A DNA stretch of 64,000 nucleotides from Chloroflexota bacterium (GTDB lineage: Bacteria > Chloroflexota > UBA11872 > VXOZ01), in assembly GCA_963662335.2 (NCBI GenBank), contig CAXXVD010000002.1, positions 128,001 through 192,000 on the forward strand, written 5' to 3'. Below the pieces are notes generated by a model. The model was not told where the DNA came from, searched no databases, and saw only the letters and a list, made by a program, of their open reading frames with translations. This document shows positions 8,073 to 17,776 of this stretch, piece after piece; position 1 is the first letter of the stretch, and every line of letters begins with the position of its first letter. The position numbers and the translations under genes are program-made.

Positions 8073-9335
8073 ATGAACAACGTGGAAAGGATACGCGGCC
8101 TGAAGTGCCGGGAATGCGGCGAGCGCTACGACGTGCAGCCGACGCACGTCTGCGCCTTCTGCTTTGGCCCGTTGGAAGTGGAGTACGATTACGACGCCAT
8201 TCGCGAGCTAACCAGCCGCGAGAAGATCGCGCAGGGGCCGGTCTCGCTGTGGCGCTACAAGGACCTGCTGCCCGTGGAGCGGGGCGAGGACCTGAACTGG
8301 CGGGTGGGGTTCACCCCCTTGCAGCCCGCGCCGAACCTGGGCAAGGCGCTGGGACTCAAAGAGCTTTACGTCAAGAACGATAGCGTGAACCCGACGTTCT
8401 CGTTCAAAGACCGGGTGGTTTCGGTGGCGGTCGCAAAGGCGAAGGAGTTTGGGTTCGACACGTTCGCCTGCGCTTCCACCGGCAACCTGGCCAGCGCGAC
8501 CGCCGCCGCCGGTGTGCGCAACGGCCTGCGCACGTTCGTCTTCCTGCCCCACACCGTGGAGCACGGCAAGGTGGTGAACGCGGCAGTCTACGGCGCGACC
8601 CTGGTATCGGTGGAAGGCACCTACGACGAACTGAACCGCCTTTGCAGCGAACTGGCCGACCGTTACTCGTGGGCCTTCGTGAACATCAATATCCGCCCCT
8701 TCTATTCGGAAGGCTCAAAAACGCTGGCGTTCGAGGTGGTGGAGCAACTCGGCTGGCGCGCGCCGGACCACGTGGTGGCGCCGATCGCCTCCGGCTCACT
8801 CTACTCCAAGGTCTACAAGGGGCTGAACGAACTCTATAAAGTCGGCCTGCTGGAGGGCGCGCCGCACACGCGCATCTCGGGCGCGCAGGGCGAGGGATGC
8901 AGTCCGGTGGCGCAGGCCTACGCGGCCAATACCACCGCCATCCGGCCCGTGAAGTTGCCGACGACGATTGCCCATTCGCTGGCGATCGGCAATCCCGCCG
9001 ACGGCTACTACGCCGTCAAGATTGCCCAGGACACCGGCGGCGTCATCGAGTCCGTGACCGACGAAGAGGTGGTGGAGGCGATCCAGTTGCTGGCCTCCAC
9101 GGAAGGCGTCTTTACTGAGCCGGCCGGCGGTGTGACGATCGCGACCCTCAAGAAACTGGCGGAGAGCGGGCAGATCGCGCCGGACGAGGTGACGGTGGCC
9201 TACGTGACCGGCAACGGCCTCAAGGCGCAAGAGGCGGTGTCGGACTCGCTCGACTTGACGATACGGGTTGCGCCGCACGTCGAATCATTCGAGGCGGCTT
9301 TGGCAGGACTGGAACGCGCGCCGGTGGCGGTGTGA
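8073..9335 (+). CDS. thrC: Threonine synthase-like PLP enzyme (possibly O-phosphohomoserine sulfhydrylase)
   Basis: N-terminal CxxC..CxxC, NPTFSFKDR (PLP Lys), ASTGNLA, YVTGNGLK; ATG at 8073 after GAGGA. Confidence 0.85.
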   Translation: MNNVERIRGLKCRECGERYDVQPTHVCAFCFGPLEVEYDYDAIRELTSREKIAQGPVSLWRYKDLLPVERGEDLNWRVGFTPLQPAPNLGKALGLKELYVKNDSVNPTFSFKDRVVSVAVAKAKEFGFDTFACASTGNLASATAAAGVRNGLRTFVFLPHTVEHGKVVNAAVYGATLVSVEGTYDELNRLCSELADRYSWAFVNINIRPFYSEGSKTLAFEVVEQLGWRAPDHVVAPIASGSLYSKVYKGLNELYKVGLLEGAPHTRISGAQGEGCSPVAQAYAANTTAIRPVKLPTTIAHSLAIGNPADGYYAVKIAQDTGGVIESVTDEEVVEAIQLLASTEGVFTEPAGGVTIATLKKLAESGQIAPDEVTVAYVTGNGLKAQEAVSDSLDLTIRVAPHVESFEAALAGLERAPVAV

Positions 9336-9563
9336 TTCCTCCAAGACGGTTGGCTGAGCGAATGAGTCACGTCCGTGCCGAGCGCTGGGCGAAGCGCCTC
9401 TCGAAACATAGACAGCCCTTCGACAGGCTCAGGGCGAACGGAATCCGTGCAGCCAACTCTCTGGAATTGCGCAGCTAGTTTTCAGGACTTGTGCAGCCAA
9501 CTGCCTGGATTTGTGCAGTGAACTCCCTCGTGAACAGATGATTAGGAAGGAAAAGGGCACGCA

Positions 9564-9848
9564 ATGGCAAATGCGGTAAAGATTCCCACCCCGCTCCGCC
9601 CCCTGGCCGGCGGCAAGGCCGAGGTCACGGTGGAGGGCGCGGGCACCATCGACGAACTGATTACCAAATTGGACGAGGCCCACGAAGGCTTCAAGGCGCG
9701 CATGTGCGACGACGACGGCGAACTGCGCCGCTTCATCAACATCTACGTGCGCGGCGAGGACATCCGCTTCATGGACGGCCTGGCGACACCGCTCAGCGAC
9801 GGCGATGAGGTCTCGATCGTGCCCGCCGTCTCCGGCGGCGCGGTTTAG
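9564..9848 (+). CDS. MoaD/ThiS/CysO-family ubiquitin-like sulfur carrier
   Basis: VKIPTPLR...LRRFINIYVRGEDIRF...EVSIVPAVSGG-AV. Confidence 0.92.
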   Translation: MANAVKIPTPLRPLAGGKAEVTVEGAGTIDELITKLDEAHEGFKARMCDDDGELRRFINIYVRGEDIRFMDGLATPLSDGDEVSIVPAVSGGAV

Positions 9849-9886
9849 AACACACGATTCGCCCGCAATGCAGCGAGCACAAGGAG

Positions 9887-10684
9887 ATGCCCATGGCGAG
9901 CAAAGTGGCGGCGCAGATGTACACCGTGCGGGACCATACCAAGACGCGCGAGGGTCTGGCCGAATCGCTCCGCAAGATTAGCCAAATGGGGTACGAGGCG
10001 GCCCAGTTTTCGGCGGTGGGCGCATTGGAGAACGGCAGCCCCGAGCTTACGGTGCACGAGGCCAAGCAGATGCTGGACGACAACGGCATTCGCTGCATTG
10101 CCACGCACCGCAGTTGGGACGACCTGGCCAACAACACCCAGGCGGAGATTGACTTCCACGGCGTGCTGGAATGCGATTACGTCGCCATTGGCGGCATTCC
10201 GCAGCCCTACCGCAGCCAGGGCGAGGCGGGCTACCGCGCCTTCCTGGAGGCGGCGCGGCCGGTTATCCAGAAGCTCAAGGCCGGCGGCCTGACCTTCGGC
10301 TACCACAACCACGCCCACGAGTTCGAGCGCATCGCGCCCGGCCCCAAGACTCTGATCGACATCTTCATCGAGGAGGGTGGGCCGGACTTCACCCTGGAGT
10401 TCGACGTCTATTGGGTGGCGCACGCCGGGGCCAATCCGGCGCGGCTGCTGGCGCAAGCCGCCGGCCGGGTGCCGGTGATCCACGCCAAGGATAAGGAAGT
10501 GGACGCCAAAGAGGGGCCGGTGATGTGTCCGGTGGGCGAGGGCAACCTGGACTGGGACGGCATCATCGCGGCCGGTGACGCGGCGGGGGTGCAGTGGTAC
10601 GCCGTGGAGCAGGACACGTGCCGGCGCGATCCGTTCGACTGCTTGCGGTCGAGCCTGGAGTTTCTTACGGCGAAGGGCGTGTAG
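9887..10684 (+). CDS. Sugar phosphate isomerase/epimerase (xylose-isomerase-like TIM barrel)
   Basis: QMYTVRD, YHNHAHEF, EFDVYW, IHAKD, VEQD. Confidence 0.9.
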   Translation: MPMASKVAAQMYTVRDHTKTREGLAESLRKISQMGYEAAQFSAVGALENGSPELTVHEAKQMLDDNGIRCIATHRSWDDLANNTQAEIDFHGVLECDYVAIGGIPQPYRSQGEAGYRAFLEAARPVIQKLKAGGLTFGYHNHAHEFERIAPGPKTLIDIFIEEGGPDFTLEFDVYWVAHAGANPARLLAQAAGRVPVIHAKDKEVDAKEGPVMCPVGEGNLDWDGIIAAGDAAGVQWYAVEQDTCRRDPFDCLRSSLEFLTAKGV

Positions 10685-10702
10685 AGAAGGCGTGAAATAC
10701 CG

Positions 10703-10908
10703 GCAGCCGTTCATCCTTCGACAAGCTCAGGACGAACGGCTGCCTTTTTGGTCCAACCGAACGGCTGCCTTTTTGGTCCAACCGAACGGCTGCCTTTTTG
10801 GTCCAACCGAACGGCTGCCTTTTTGGTCCAACCGAACGGTTGCCTGCTTGGCACATCCGATCGGCTGCCCTATTGGCTCAACCGAACGGCTGCCTTCTTG
10901 GTCATCCG
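10703..10908. repeat. REP hairpin (cttcgacaagctcagg family) whose right arm begins a 25-bp tandem array of 7 units
   Basis: gcagccgttcatccttcgacaagctcaggacgaacggctgc, then gaacggctgcctttttggtccaacc at 10734, 10759, 10784, 10809 plus 3 decayed units. Confidence 0.92.
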
Positions 10909-10962
10909 CCTGAGTCTTGGCAATTTGAGTGTTGGAATCCCGCGCAGGCGGCGGACGCCCGT

Positions 10963-11304
10963 TCACACGCGCACGTAGCGGCCGGCGTCCAGGACGAAGG
11001 CGATGCCGCGGTTGTCGCCGGTCTGGCCGCTGCCGGTGAGGGGCTGGCCGCTGACGTGCTCGCGGATCACGTCCAGGGTTTCATCGACTTGGCCGGCCGG
11101 CACGCCGACCAGCAGGGTCACGTTGCCCCGGCGCAGAAAGCCGCCGGCCGTGTTGATGCGCGTGTTGCCGACGCGCCGCTTGACCAGTTCTGCCACGATC
11201 GCGTTCGCGTCGTCGTTGCGCACAACGGCGATGATGAGTTTCTCTACCTGGGGTTGTTGCGGTTGGGACTGCATCCCGGACCTCCGGTTGCCGGCCGGCG
11301 GCAA
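10963..11304 (-). CDS. darA: Cyclic-di-AMP receptor DarA/PstA (YaaQ, PII-like)
   Basis: KLIIAVVRNDD, TRINTAGGFLRRGNVTLLVGV; true start probably the internal MQSQ. Confidence 0.85.
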   Translation of the reverse strand: MPPAGNRRSGMQSQPQQPQVEKLIIAVVRNDDANAIVAELVKRRVGNTRINTAGGFLRRGNVTLLVGVPAGQVDETLDVIREHVSGQPLTGSGQTGDNRGIAFVLDAGRYVRV

Positions 11305-11420
11305 CGGCTTAAGCCGCCTCCCGCTCTGCGCGCTCTCCCGCGCGCGCTAGGCGCGCTACGGCAAGGTATGCGCAAGCGAGGATGGTGGGCATAGGTGAAT
11401 CGATACGCGCGTCTGCTGCT

Positions 11421-11497
11421 TGGTCGGGGCGGGCGGATTTGAACCGCCGGCCTCAGCGTCCCGAACGCTGCGCTCTACCAGGCTGAGCCACGCCCCG
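11421..11497 (-). tRNA. tRNA-Pro (anticodon CGG)
   Basis: cggggcgtggctcagcctggtagagcgcagcgttCGGgacgctgaggccggcggttcaaatccgcccgccccgacca: cloverleaf with encoded CCA. Confidence 0.97.
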
Positions 11498-11934
11498 CTT
11501 ACTAAGCCATTCTAGCAGGTCTGGCCGCGCGCCTCAATAGCCGCTGGGAAACGGAAGCGGCAGACCGCGGCCGGATGGCATTCGCGGCGGCGCGGTTCAA
11601 CTTGCCGGTTCGCTTCTCTTCATCATTGCCGTTCTTCGTCGTCCCGTGTGCTTCTGGTTGTCCCTTGCGCCTCTGGTCGTCCTGTGCACTTAATGTCGCT
11701 CCGCGCGTCACTTGACTTCCCGAGCGCCTCTTGTCATTCCGAGCGCAGCGAGGAATCTACTGGAGTGCGCGCTCTAGATTCTTCGTCGCTGCGCTCCTCA
11801 GAATGACAGATTGAGAGGCCGCGTTGAGCGTGCGCCGCCAAACGGGCGTCTCGCCTGGGTTGCAGTATGATAAGGATGCAAGCAATTGCGACGACACATG
11901 GCAACTGCAAATTGCAACCACAAGGAGGGGCACG

Positions 11935-12873
11935 GTGAAAGCGGACTTTCTCGAGCGTCTGGCGCAGGGGCCGCTGCTGGGCGACGGCGCGTATTACCTG
12001 GAACTGGAGCGGCGGGTGGTGGGCAGTTACGCCTCGCACATTCCCATGGCCGTGTTGGACTACCCGGAAGCCGTGTTGGAGATGCACCACGAGTTTGCCC
12101 GGGCCGGCGCGGAACTCTTGCAGGCCATGTCCTGGGGCGTGCGTCCCTTTGGGCGTGAGGCCGAACTGCACCGGGCGGCGGTGGAGTTGGCGCGGGAGGC
12201 CGCCGGGCCGGAGCGCTACGTGGCCGGCACCATCAGCCAGTTCATCTACTCCGGCTCGTCCAAGTGGGCGCCGCTGACCGCCGACGAGCGCAAACGGGCG
12301 CAGGAGTTCTTCGCCCGGCGGGTTGCAGAGCAGATGGACCCCGCGGTGGACGTCTTCATCGTGGAGACCTTCTATTCGGTGGAGGAGGCGAGCCTGGCGA
12401 TTCCGTTCGTCAAGGAAGCGGGCGTGCCGGCGGTGGTCACGCTCACCTACCGTGACAGCGAGTTCACCCGTGACGGCTACGACCCGGTGGAGGCGGCAAA
12501 GCGCCTGGTTGACAACGGCGCCGACGTGGTGGGGCTGAACTGCATGAGGCCCTGGCAGACCATGAACGAGATGGCCCGGCGCATCCGCGCGGCGGTCTCC
12601 GTGCCCATGTGCGTCCAGCCGACCGCCTATCAACTGGAACCGGGCGAGGTCTTCACCCAGGCCATCAGCCGCGCCGGCCTCTATCCCAGCGTGGAGCCGC
12701 GCGTGCTCTCCCGCTTCGTGATGGCGGAGTACGCCAAGGAGGCGGAGGGCGTCGGCATCGAATTCATCGGCGCGTGCTGCGGCGCGCTGCCCTACCACGT
12801 GCGCGCCATGGCCGAGGCGCTGGGCAAGCCGGTGGGCCTGCCGGACGCCAAACGCGGCTACCAGGTGCAATAG
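11935..12873 (+). CDS. Homocysteine S-methyltransferase family protein
   Basis: LLGDGA, VETF, VGLNC and GACCG zinc ligands; GTG after AGGAGG. Confidence 0.9.
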   Translation: MKADFLERLAQGPLLGDGAYYLELERRVVGSYASHIPMAVLDYPEAVLEMHHEFARAGAELLQAMSWGVRPFGREAELHRAAVELAREAAGPERYVAGTISQFIYSGSSKWAPLTADERKRAQEFFARRVAEQMDPAVDVFIVETFYSVEEASLAIPFVKEAGVPAVVTLTYRDSEFTRDGYDPVEAAKRLVDNGADVVGLNCMRPWQTMNEMARRIRAAVSVPMCVQPTAYQLEPGEVFTQAISRAGLYPSVEPRVLSRFVMAEYAKEAEGVGIEFIGACCGALPYHVRAMAEALGKPVGLPDAKRGYQVQ

Positions 12874-13024
12874 GCCGGCGCGTCAGAGCGCGCTCGCGCG
12901 GCGCTACGTTGGTAGAACGCACGACTCGGTCTGCGGCTAGACTGTCTGCCCAGAGGGGGTGATAGCGCGGCAGCGCGTGTGGTATAAAGAGAGTGGAAAA
13001 GTTGGTGCGCAGGGAGAACGCGCG

Positions 13025-13276
13025 GTGGCGATAACGGAGCAATCGAGCACAATTGGGGAACGAATAAGCCGCATCGAGGGCGGCTACGAACACCTGGCAA
13101 CCAAGGCCGACGTTGCGGAAGTCAAGGCAGAAATCGCAGACGTGAAGTCCGAGTTGAAGAGTGAAATCGCCGAGGTGCGCGGGGATATTCGCGGTATAAA
13201 GTGGTGGGTCATTTCCATCGGCTCTGCCGCCGTTATACTCTCGGCGCTGGCCCAGATGCTGCCGCTCGGCGGCTGA
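13025..13276 (+). CDS. Small coiled-coil protein with C-terminal TM (DUF1640/CCDC90-like), copy 1
   Basis: ERISRIEGGYEHLATKAD...IKWWVISIGSAAVILSAL. Confidence 0.8.
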   Translation: MAITEQSSTIGERISRIEGGYEHLATKADVAEVKAEIADVKSELKSEIAEVRGDIRGIKWWVISIGSAAVILSALAQMLPLGG

Positions 13277-13312
13277 ATTCCACATGCAGGCACGGACACT
13301 GGAGATTGAACG

Positions 13313-13618
13313 ATGGCAACGACGGAACAAGCAACTTCCCTCGGAGAACGGGTCAGCCGCATCGAGGGCGGCTACGAACACCTGGCGACCAAGGCCGATC
13401 TTGCGCGCGTGGAAACTGAAATGGCGCAGATGCGGTCTGAATTGAAGACCGAGATTGGGGACGTGCGGTCTGAATTGAAGACTGAGATTGGCGACCTGCG
13501 GTCCGAAGTTGCCGGGGTGCGCGGGGACATTCGCGGCATAAAGTGGTGGATCATCTCCATTGGCTCTGCCGCCGTTATACTCTCGGCGCTGGCCCAGATG
13601 CTACCGCTCGGCGGCTGA
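13313..13618 (+). CDS. Small coiled-coil protein with C-terminal TM, copy 2
   Basis: Paralog of copy 1 with extra RSELKTEIGD repeats; GGAG RBS. Confidence 0.85.
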   Translation: MATTEQATSLGERVSRIEGGYEHLATKADLARVETEMAQMRSELKTEIGDVRSELKTEIGDLRSEVAGVRGDIRGIKWWIISIGSAAVILSALAQMLPLGG

Positions 13619-13652
13619 ACCCTGCGCAGAACTTCACATTGGAGAGCAAACT

Positions 13653-13925
13653 ATGGCCACGACGGAGCAGACGACATCGCTCGGAGAACGGGTAAGCCGC
13701 ATCGAGGGCGGCTATGAGCACCTGGCAACCAAGGCCGACGTTGCGGAAGTTAAGGCAGAAATCGCAGACGTGAGAGTCGAGATCTCAGACGTGAAGTCCG
13801 AGTTGAAGAGTGAAATCGCCGAGGTGCGCGGGGACATTCGCGGCATAAAGTGGTGGATCATCTCTATCGGTTCTGCCGCCGTTGTACTCTCGGCGCTGGC
13901 CCAAATGCTGCCGCTCGGCGGCTAG
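13653..13925 (+). CDS. Small coiled-coil protein with C-terminal TM, copy 3
   Basis: Paralog of copy 1 with one extra heptad; GGAG RBS. Confidence 0.85.
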   Translation: MATTEQTTSLGERVSRIEGGYEHLATKADVAEVKAEIADVRVEISDVKSELKSEIAEVRGDIRGIKWWIISIGSAAVVLSALAQMLPLGG

Positions 13926-14227
13926 AACCCGAGCCCCGTTTTCGCACCTCCGCACGGCGCATCGCCCAGACGTAGCAAACCGCCAAGCGCCAAGCCGCGC
14001 TCAGCGGCAGGGCGCCGAGCGCCATCATCCAATCTCCCCGCCGCGGCCCAATTACTGGTTATCTTGACAGCATTTCGCCATAGGAATTAGAGTGTACACA
14101 GCGTGCAGTGGCGCGGCAGGGAGCGGCGCGCAGAGCGTTGCCACGGGGTGTTCATTGTCGGAACCGTAGCCGCGACTGTACGTAGAATTAGTGTGTAGTT
14201 TCAACAGCGCCAGCAGGAGGCACAGAA

Positions 14228-15655
14228 ATGTCCAAACGTGAAGAACTGCAATTGACCCGGCGCGGGCTGCTTGCCGGCGCCGGCTTGACCGGAGCCGGTT
14301 TGTTGCTGGCGGCCTGCGGACAGGCAGCGGTGGGCGCGCCCGAGGCCGCCCAGGAAGAAGCGGCGGAAGAGGCCAAGCCAAAGGCGGAAGAGCAGGCGGC
14401 CCCCAAGGAGGCGGTGCACATCCGCTACGGCACCTGGCTCAACGCCCGCCAGCTTGAGAATTATCCGGAGACCCTGGTCGCGCCGTTCGAAGAGTTGCAT
14501 CCCGGCGTCACGGTGGAAGTCATCCACAACATGCACGCCTACCAGGAGTCGTTCCGCACGGCGTTCGCGGCCGGCGAGCAACCCGATGCCGCCTGGGAAG
14601 GGGATAACGCCACCTATCTGCTGGGGTACTTCGTCGATCTCGCCGATTACATCAAGCGGGACAACTTCGACCTGAGCCACTATCCGCAGCACATCTTCAA
14701 TTCCATCAGCCGCATCCGCAACGAGATCGTCAGTCTCCCCAACCAGACCGGCGGCAACATGATGGCGCTGCCGTACAACCGGGAAATCATCGAGAAGGCC
14801 GGTCTCAATGAGCCGTCCGCCACCTGGGGCGACCCGGAGTGGACGTGGGACGCCTACATCGACATGGCGAAGAAGACCACCGTCACCGAGGGCGGCAGCA
14901 TCGCGACGATGGGCGCTTCCAACATGGGCACCGGCGCGCTGGTGGGCAACCTGCCCTTCCTCTGGGGCGGCCAGTGGGTCTCCGACGACCGCCGCACGGC
15001 CGTGTGCGACAGCCCGGAGACGATGTCGTGCTACAGCGATTACTTCTCGATGGTGCACGAGCACGGCGCCATGCTCAAGCCGGGCCAGGGCGCGGACCTC
15101 TTTGGCGAGGGCAGCATCGTCAAGCTCTTCTACCAGGGCAAGTTGGGCTTCCTGAATACGCTCTCCAGCGGCACGTTCGGCGACATGATGCAGCGCATCC
15201 GCGACGAAGATCTGCCCATCGACTTCGCGCCCTTGCCGACGGTGATGACGACGGCCTCGTTCCAATGGACGGACGCCAACGGCGTCGTGACCAATGCGGA
15301 CCACCCCGAGGAAGCGTGGCAGTACGTTGCCTGGCAGGGCAGCACCCTGAATTGGGCCGTGGGCAAAGGCACGATTCCGATGCGCGCCGACCTCATGGAG
15401 GAATGGGCCAACGAGACCTTCCCCGACCTGAAAGACAAGGTGCGGCTCGAGGTCATCATCGACGTGCTCAACCACCCCGGCGGCTACGATCCCGGCTGGG
15501 TGGTACCGAACTTCGCGTTCAGCGGCTCCGCGGAGGTGAAAGACTGGCTCAAGGCGGTCTACGCCGGCACCGCCGAAGTGGAAGCCGGCCTGCTGGCGCT
15601 GAAGCCGCAGATCCAGGCCATCCTCGACGACACGGAGGAGAAGTACAAGGGGTAA
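14228..15655 (+). CDS. Extracellular solute-binding lipoprotein (sugar ABC type), Tat signal
   Basis: LTRRGLL Tat motif, LAAC lipobox, FEELHPGVTVE, PYNREIIEKAGL, WTWD. Confidence 0.9.
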   Translation: MSKREELQLTRRGLLAGAGLTGAGLLLAACGQAAVGAPEAAQEEAAEEAKPKAEEQAAPKEAVHIRYGTWLNARQLENYPETLVAPFEELHPGVTVEVIHNMHAYQESFRTAFAAGEQPDAAWEGDNATYLLGYFVDLADYIKRDNFDLSHYPQHIFNSISRIRNEIVSLPNQTGGNMMALPYNREIIEKAGLNEPSATWGDPEWTWDAYIDMAKKTTVTEGGSIATMGASNMGTGALVGNLPFLWGGQWVSDDRRTAVCDSPETMSCYSDYFSMVHEHGAMLKPGQGADLFGEGSIVKLFYQGKLGFLNTLSSGTFGDMMQRIRDEDLPIDFAPLPTVMTTASFQWTDANGVVTNADHPEEAWQYVAWQGSTLNWAVGKGTIPMRADLMEEWANETFPDLKDKVRLEVIIDVLNHPGGYDPGWVVPNFAFSGSAEVKDWLKAVYAGTAEVEAGLLALKPQIQAILDDTEEKYKG

Positions 15656-15798
15656 AGTGCTGGGCGGTGAGAAGCATCCTCGCCGCTTGCCACCTGCAAG
15701 TCTATCTGCGTCCGGCCCCGGCGTGTCACATTGGCGCTGGGGCGGGCGCGCCGGTGTAAACGACAAGACTGACTGGCCGTTTACATGGCAGTGCCGGC

Positions 15799-15840
15799 AA
15801 AACAGGGCATCACGCGAGAAGTTTGGTGATGCCCTGTTTT
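15799..15840. terminator. Bidirectional terminator hairpin
   Basis: aaaacagggcatcac...gtgatgccctgtttt. Confidence 0.75.
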
Positions 15841-15944
15841 GATTTGTGCAAGAGCTACCGTCATACCGTAGACCGCCCTACCATTGAAAGCGGCTGTGCT
15901 ATACTAGTCGCAAGACATATGACTTGAGACGGAGAAACTGAGCA

Positions 15945-16166
15945 ATGTCCGTCGACGCAGAGTTCATAATTCTTCTCGTAACTATGGTCGTTGCAATCGC
16001 GGGATTGCTGTGGCGCTTCGAAACGAGATTCTCCAATCTATCCGACCGGGTTTCTCGGATTGAGGGCAGACTGGACAGTTTCGCAACGAAGGCCGACATT
16101 GCCAGGTTGGAGGGATTGCTGGAAGGCTATCTCATGCGAGCGGGCAGTAAGGAGCAGGATGCATAA
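15945..16166 (+). CDS. Small protein with N-terminal TM and coiled coil
   Basis: DRVSRIEGRLDSFATKADIARLEG shares motifs with the 13025-13925 trio; GGAG RBS and TGcTATACT upstream. Confidence 0.7.
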   Translation: MSVDAEFIILLVTMVVAIAGLLWRFETRFSNLSDRVSRIEGRLDSFATKADIARLEGLLEGYLMRAGSKEQDA

Positions 16167-16218
16167 GCCACTCGCCGCGCCGACGTGCGAGCACTTCATA
16201 CGGTCTTTCGAATAGAAT

Positions 16219-16246
16219 GTAGGGGCACGGCATGCCGTGCCCCTAC
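16219..16246. repeat. GTAG-type REP family gtaggggcacgrcatgycgtgcccctac
   Basis: Palindrome; further copies at 17536, 20465, 37932, 39291, 51710 and a variant at 26891. Confidence 0.9.
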
Positions 16247-16323
16247 GCATGTTAAGGGGGCTTTTCCCGCTATTGGATTTTCGACCAAGTGCAAGTTGCA
16301 ATTAGGAGAGGAGACTCTTCCCA

Positions 16324-17454
16324 ATGTCCAGGTATCACGAACGCTACGGCCTGACGCCAATCATCAACACCGCCGGCACGCAGACCACGCTCGGCGCGTC
16401 GGCGGTGCCGCCGGCAGTGGTGGCGCGGGTGGTGGAAGCCGCGCCGGAGTTCGCCCGCATGACCGAGTTGCTGGCCGCCGCCGACGCGGCCATTGCCCAC
16501 GCCACCGGCGCGGAGGCCGGCACCGTGACCCATTGCGCCGCTTCCGCCATCACCGTGCTCTGCGCCGGCGCCATGACCGGCGCGCACTTGGGCAAAGTGC
16601 TGGCCCTGCCCGACACCAGCCGCATGAACAACGAGGTTATCATCCAGAAGCGCCACACGGTCGGCTTTGGCGCGCCGGTGACGCAAATGATCCATCTCAG
16701 CGGCGCGAAGTCCGTAGAGTTTGGCGAGGCCAACCGCGCCTTGCCCGAACAGATGGAGTACGCCATCACCGACCATACCGCCGCCGCGCTCTACGTGGTC
16801 TCCCACATGACCGCCGCCAGCGGCCAACTCTCCTTACCGGCCTTTGCCGAGATTGCCCACCGCCACAACATCCCCGTCATCGTCGACGCCGCGGCCGGGG
16901 CCTTGTTCGCGCACCGCTTGCTGGCGGAGGGCGCGGACGCGGTCTGCTTCAGCGGCCACAAGCACCTGTGCGGCTTCACGTCGGGCGTGATTGCCGGCAA
17001 GCGCGACCTGGTGGAAGCCGCCGCCCTGAACGGCAAGGGCATCGGCCGCGCCATGAAGCCTTCCAAAGAGGGCGTGGTGAGCGTCATCGAGCGCATGGAG
17101 TGGCTGGCGGACCTTGACTACGCCGCCTGGGAAGCCGAGCAGAACGCCAAGGTGGACGTGATGGTGGCGGCGCTCCAGGACATCCCCGGCGCGAACGTCT
17201 TTGCCGAGCGCGACCTGACCGGCAACCCGCAGACCCGCACCAAGATCGTAGTCGACCCGGCAGCCGCGGGCCTGGACGCCGTTGCCGTCTGCCAGGCGCT
17301 GGAAGCCGGCAACCCGCCCATCTACACTCGCGACCACTACGCCGAAGAGGGCTTCCTCTTCATCGACCCGATCACCCTGCGCCCGGAGGACGTGCCCGCC
17401 GTAATCGCCCGCCTGCAAGAGATCCTGCAGCCGGTCGGCGCGGCGGCGCGCTAG
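16324..17454 (+). CDS. SelA-like / DgaE-family PLP-dependent enzyme
   Basis: PIINTAGTQTTLGAS, VIVDAAA, FSGHK (PLP Lys), GIGRAMKPSKE. Confidence 0.85.
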   Translation: MSRYHERYGLTPIINTAGTQTTLGASAVPPAVVARVVEAAPEFARMTELLAAADAAIAHATGAEAGTVTHCAASAITVLCAGAMTGAHLGKVLALPDTSRMNNEVIIQKRHTVGFGAPVTQMIHLSGAKSVEFGEANRALPEQMEYAITDHTAAALYVVSHMTAASGQLSLPAFAEIAHRHNIPVIVDAAAGALFAHRLLAEGADAVCFSGHKHLCGFTSGVIAGKRDLVEAAALNGKGIGRAMKPSKEGVVSVIERMEWLADLDYAAWEAEQNAKVDVMVAALQDIPGANVFAERDLTGNPQTRTKIVVDPAAAGLDAVAVCQALEAGNPPIYTRDHYAEEGFLFIDPITLRPEDVPAVIARLQEILQPVGAAAR

Positions 17455-17776
17455 TGGCGGTGGGACTCGGCCATTGGTGTCGCACGAATGTGGATGCGTA
17501 ACGCGAGAATCCCTTTGAACAGTCTATCGAAAGGTGTAGGGGCGCGACACGTCGCGCCCCTACACCTTTCGATAGAATACGTGATGAAGTTCCCCTAGCG
17601 CCCGCACCTCTCTCGCGCTCTGGTCGGGGGGAAGCCCGAGCGCTACGATTGGCAGCAAAGCCGGATGTCTGCGGCACACAGCGGCCTTGCCCAGTTAGCC
17701 GCCAAGTGAAAAGCGATACCTCGCCCCGGGTATGGAGCGGGGTGTCTCCCGCTTACTCTAGCGCAGCCTCGCAGGC

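Noticed and set aside
9337-9510. Possible further MITE between the thrC-like and sulfur carrier genes
   Set aside because: The gttggctg / cagccaac inverted repeats are short and no target duplication is evident.
10734-10908. Possible CRISPR array
   Set aside because: Head-to-tail 25-bp units with no unique spacers; no cas genes in the window.
11421-11497. tRNA as integration site of an island
   Set aside because: No integrase and no duplicated tRNA 3' end seen in the window.
16324-17454. True selenocysteine synthase (selA)
   Set aside because: It is short, has no selB/selD/tRNA-Sec context, and its motifs fit the DgaE-like subgroup.
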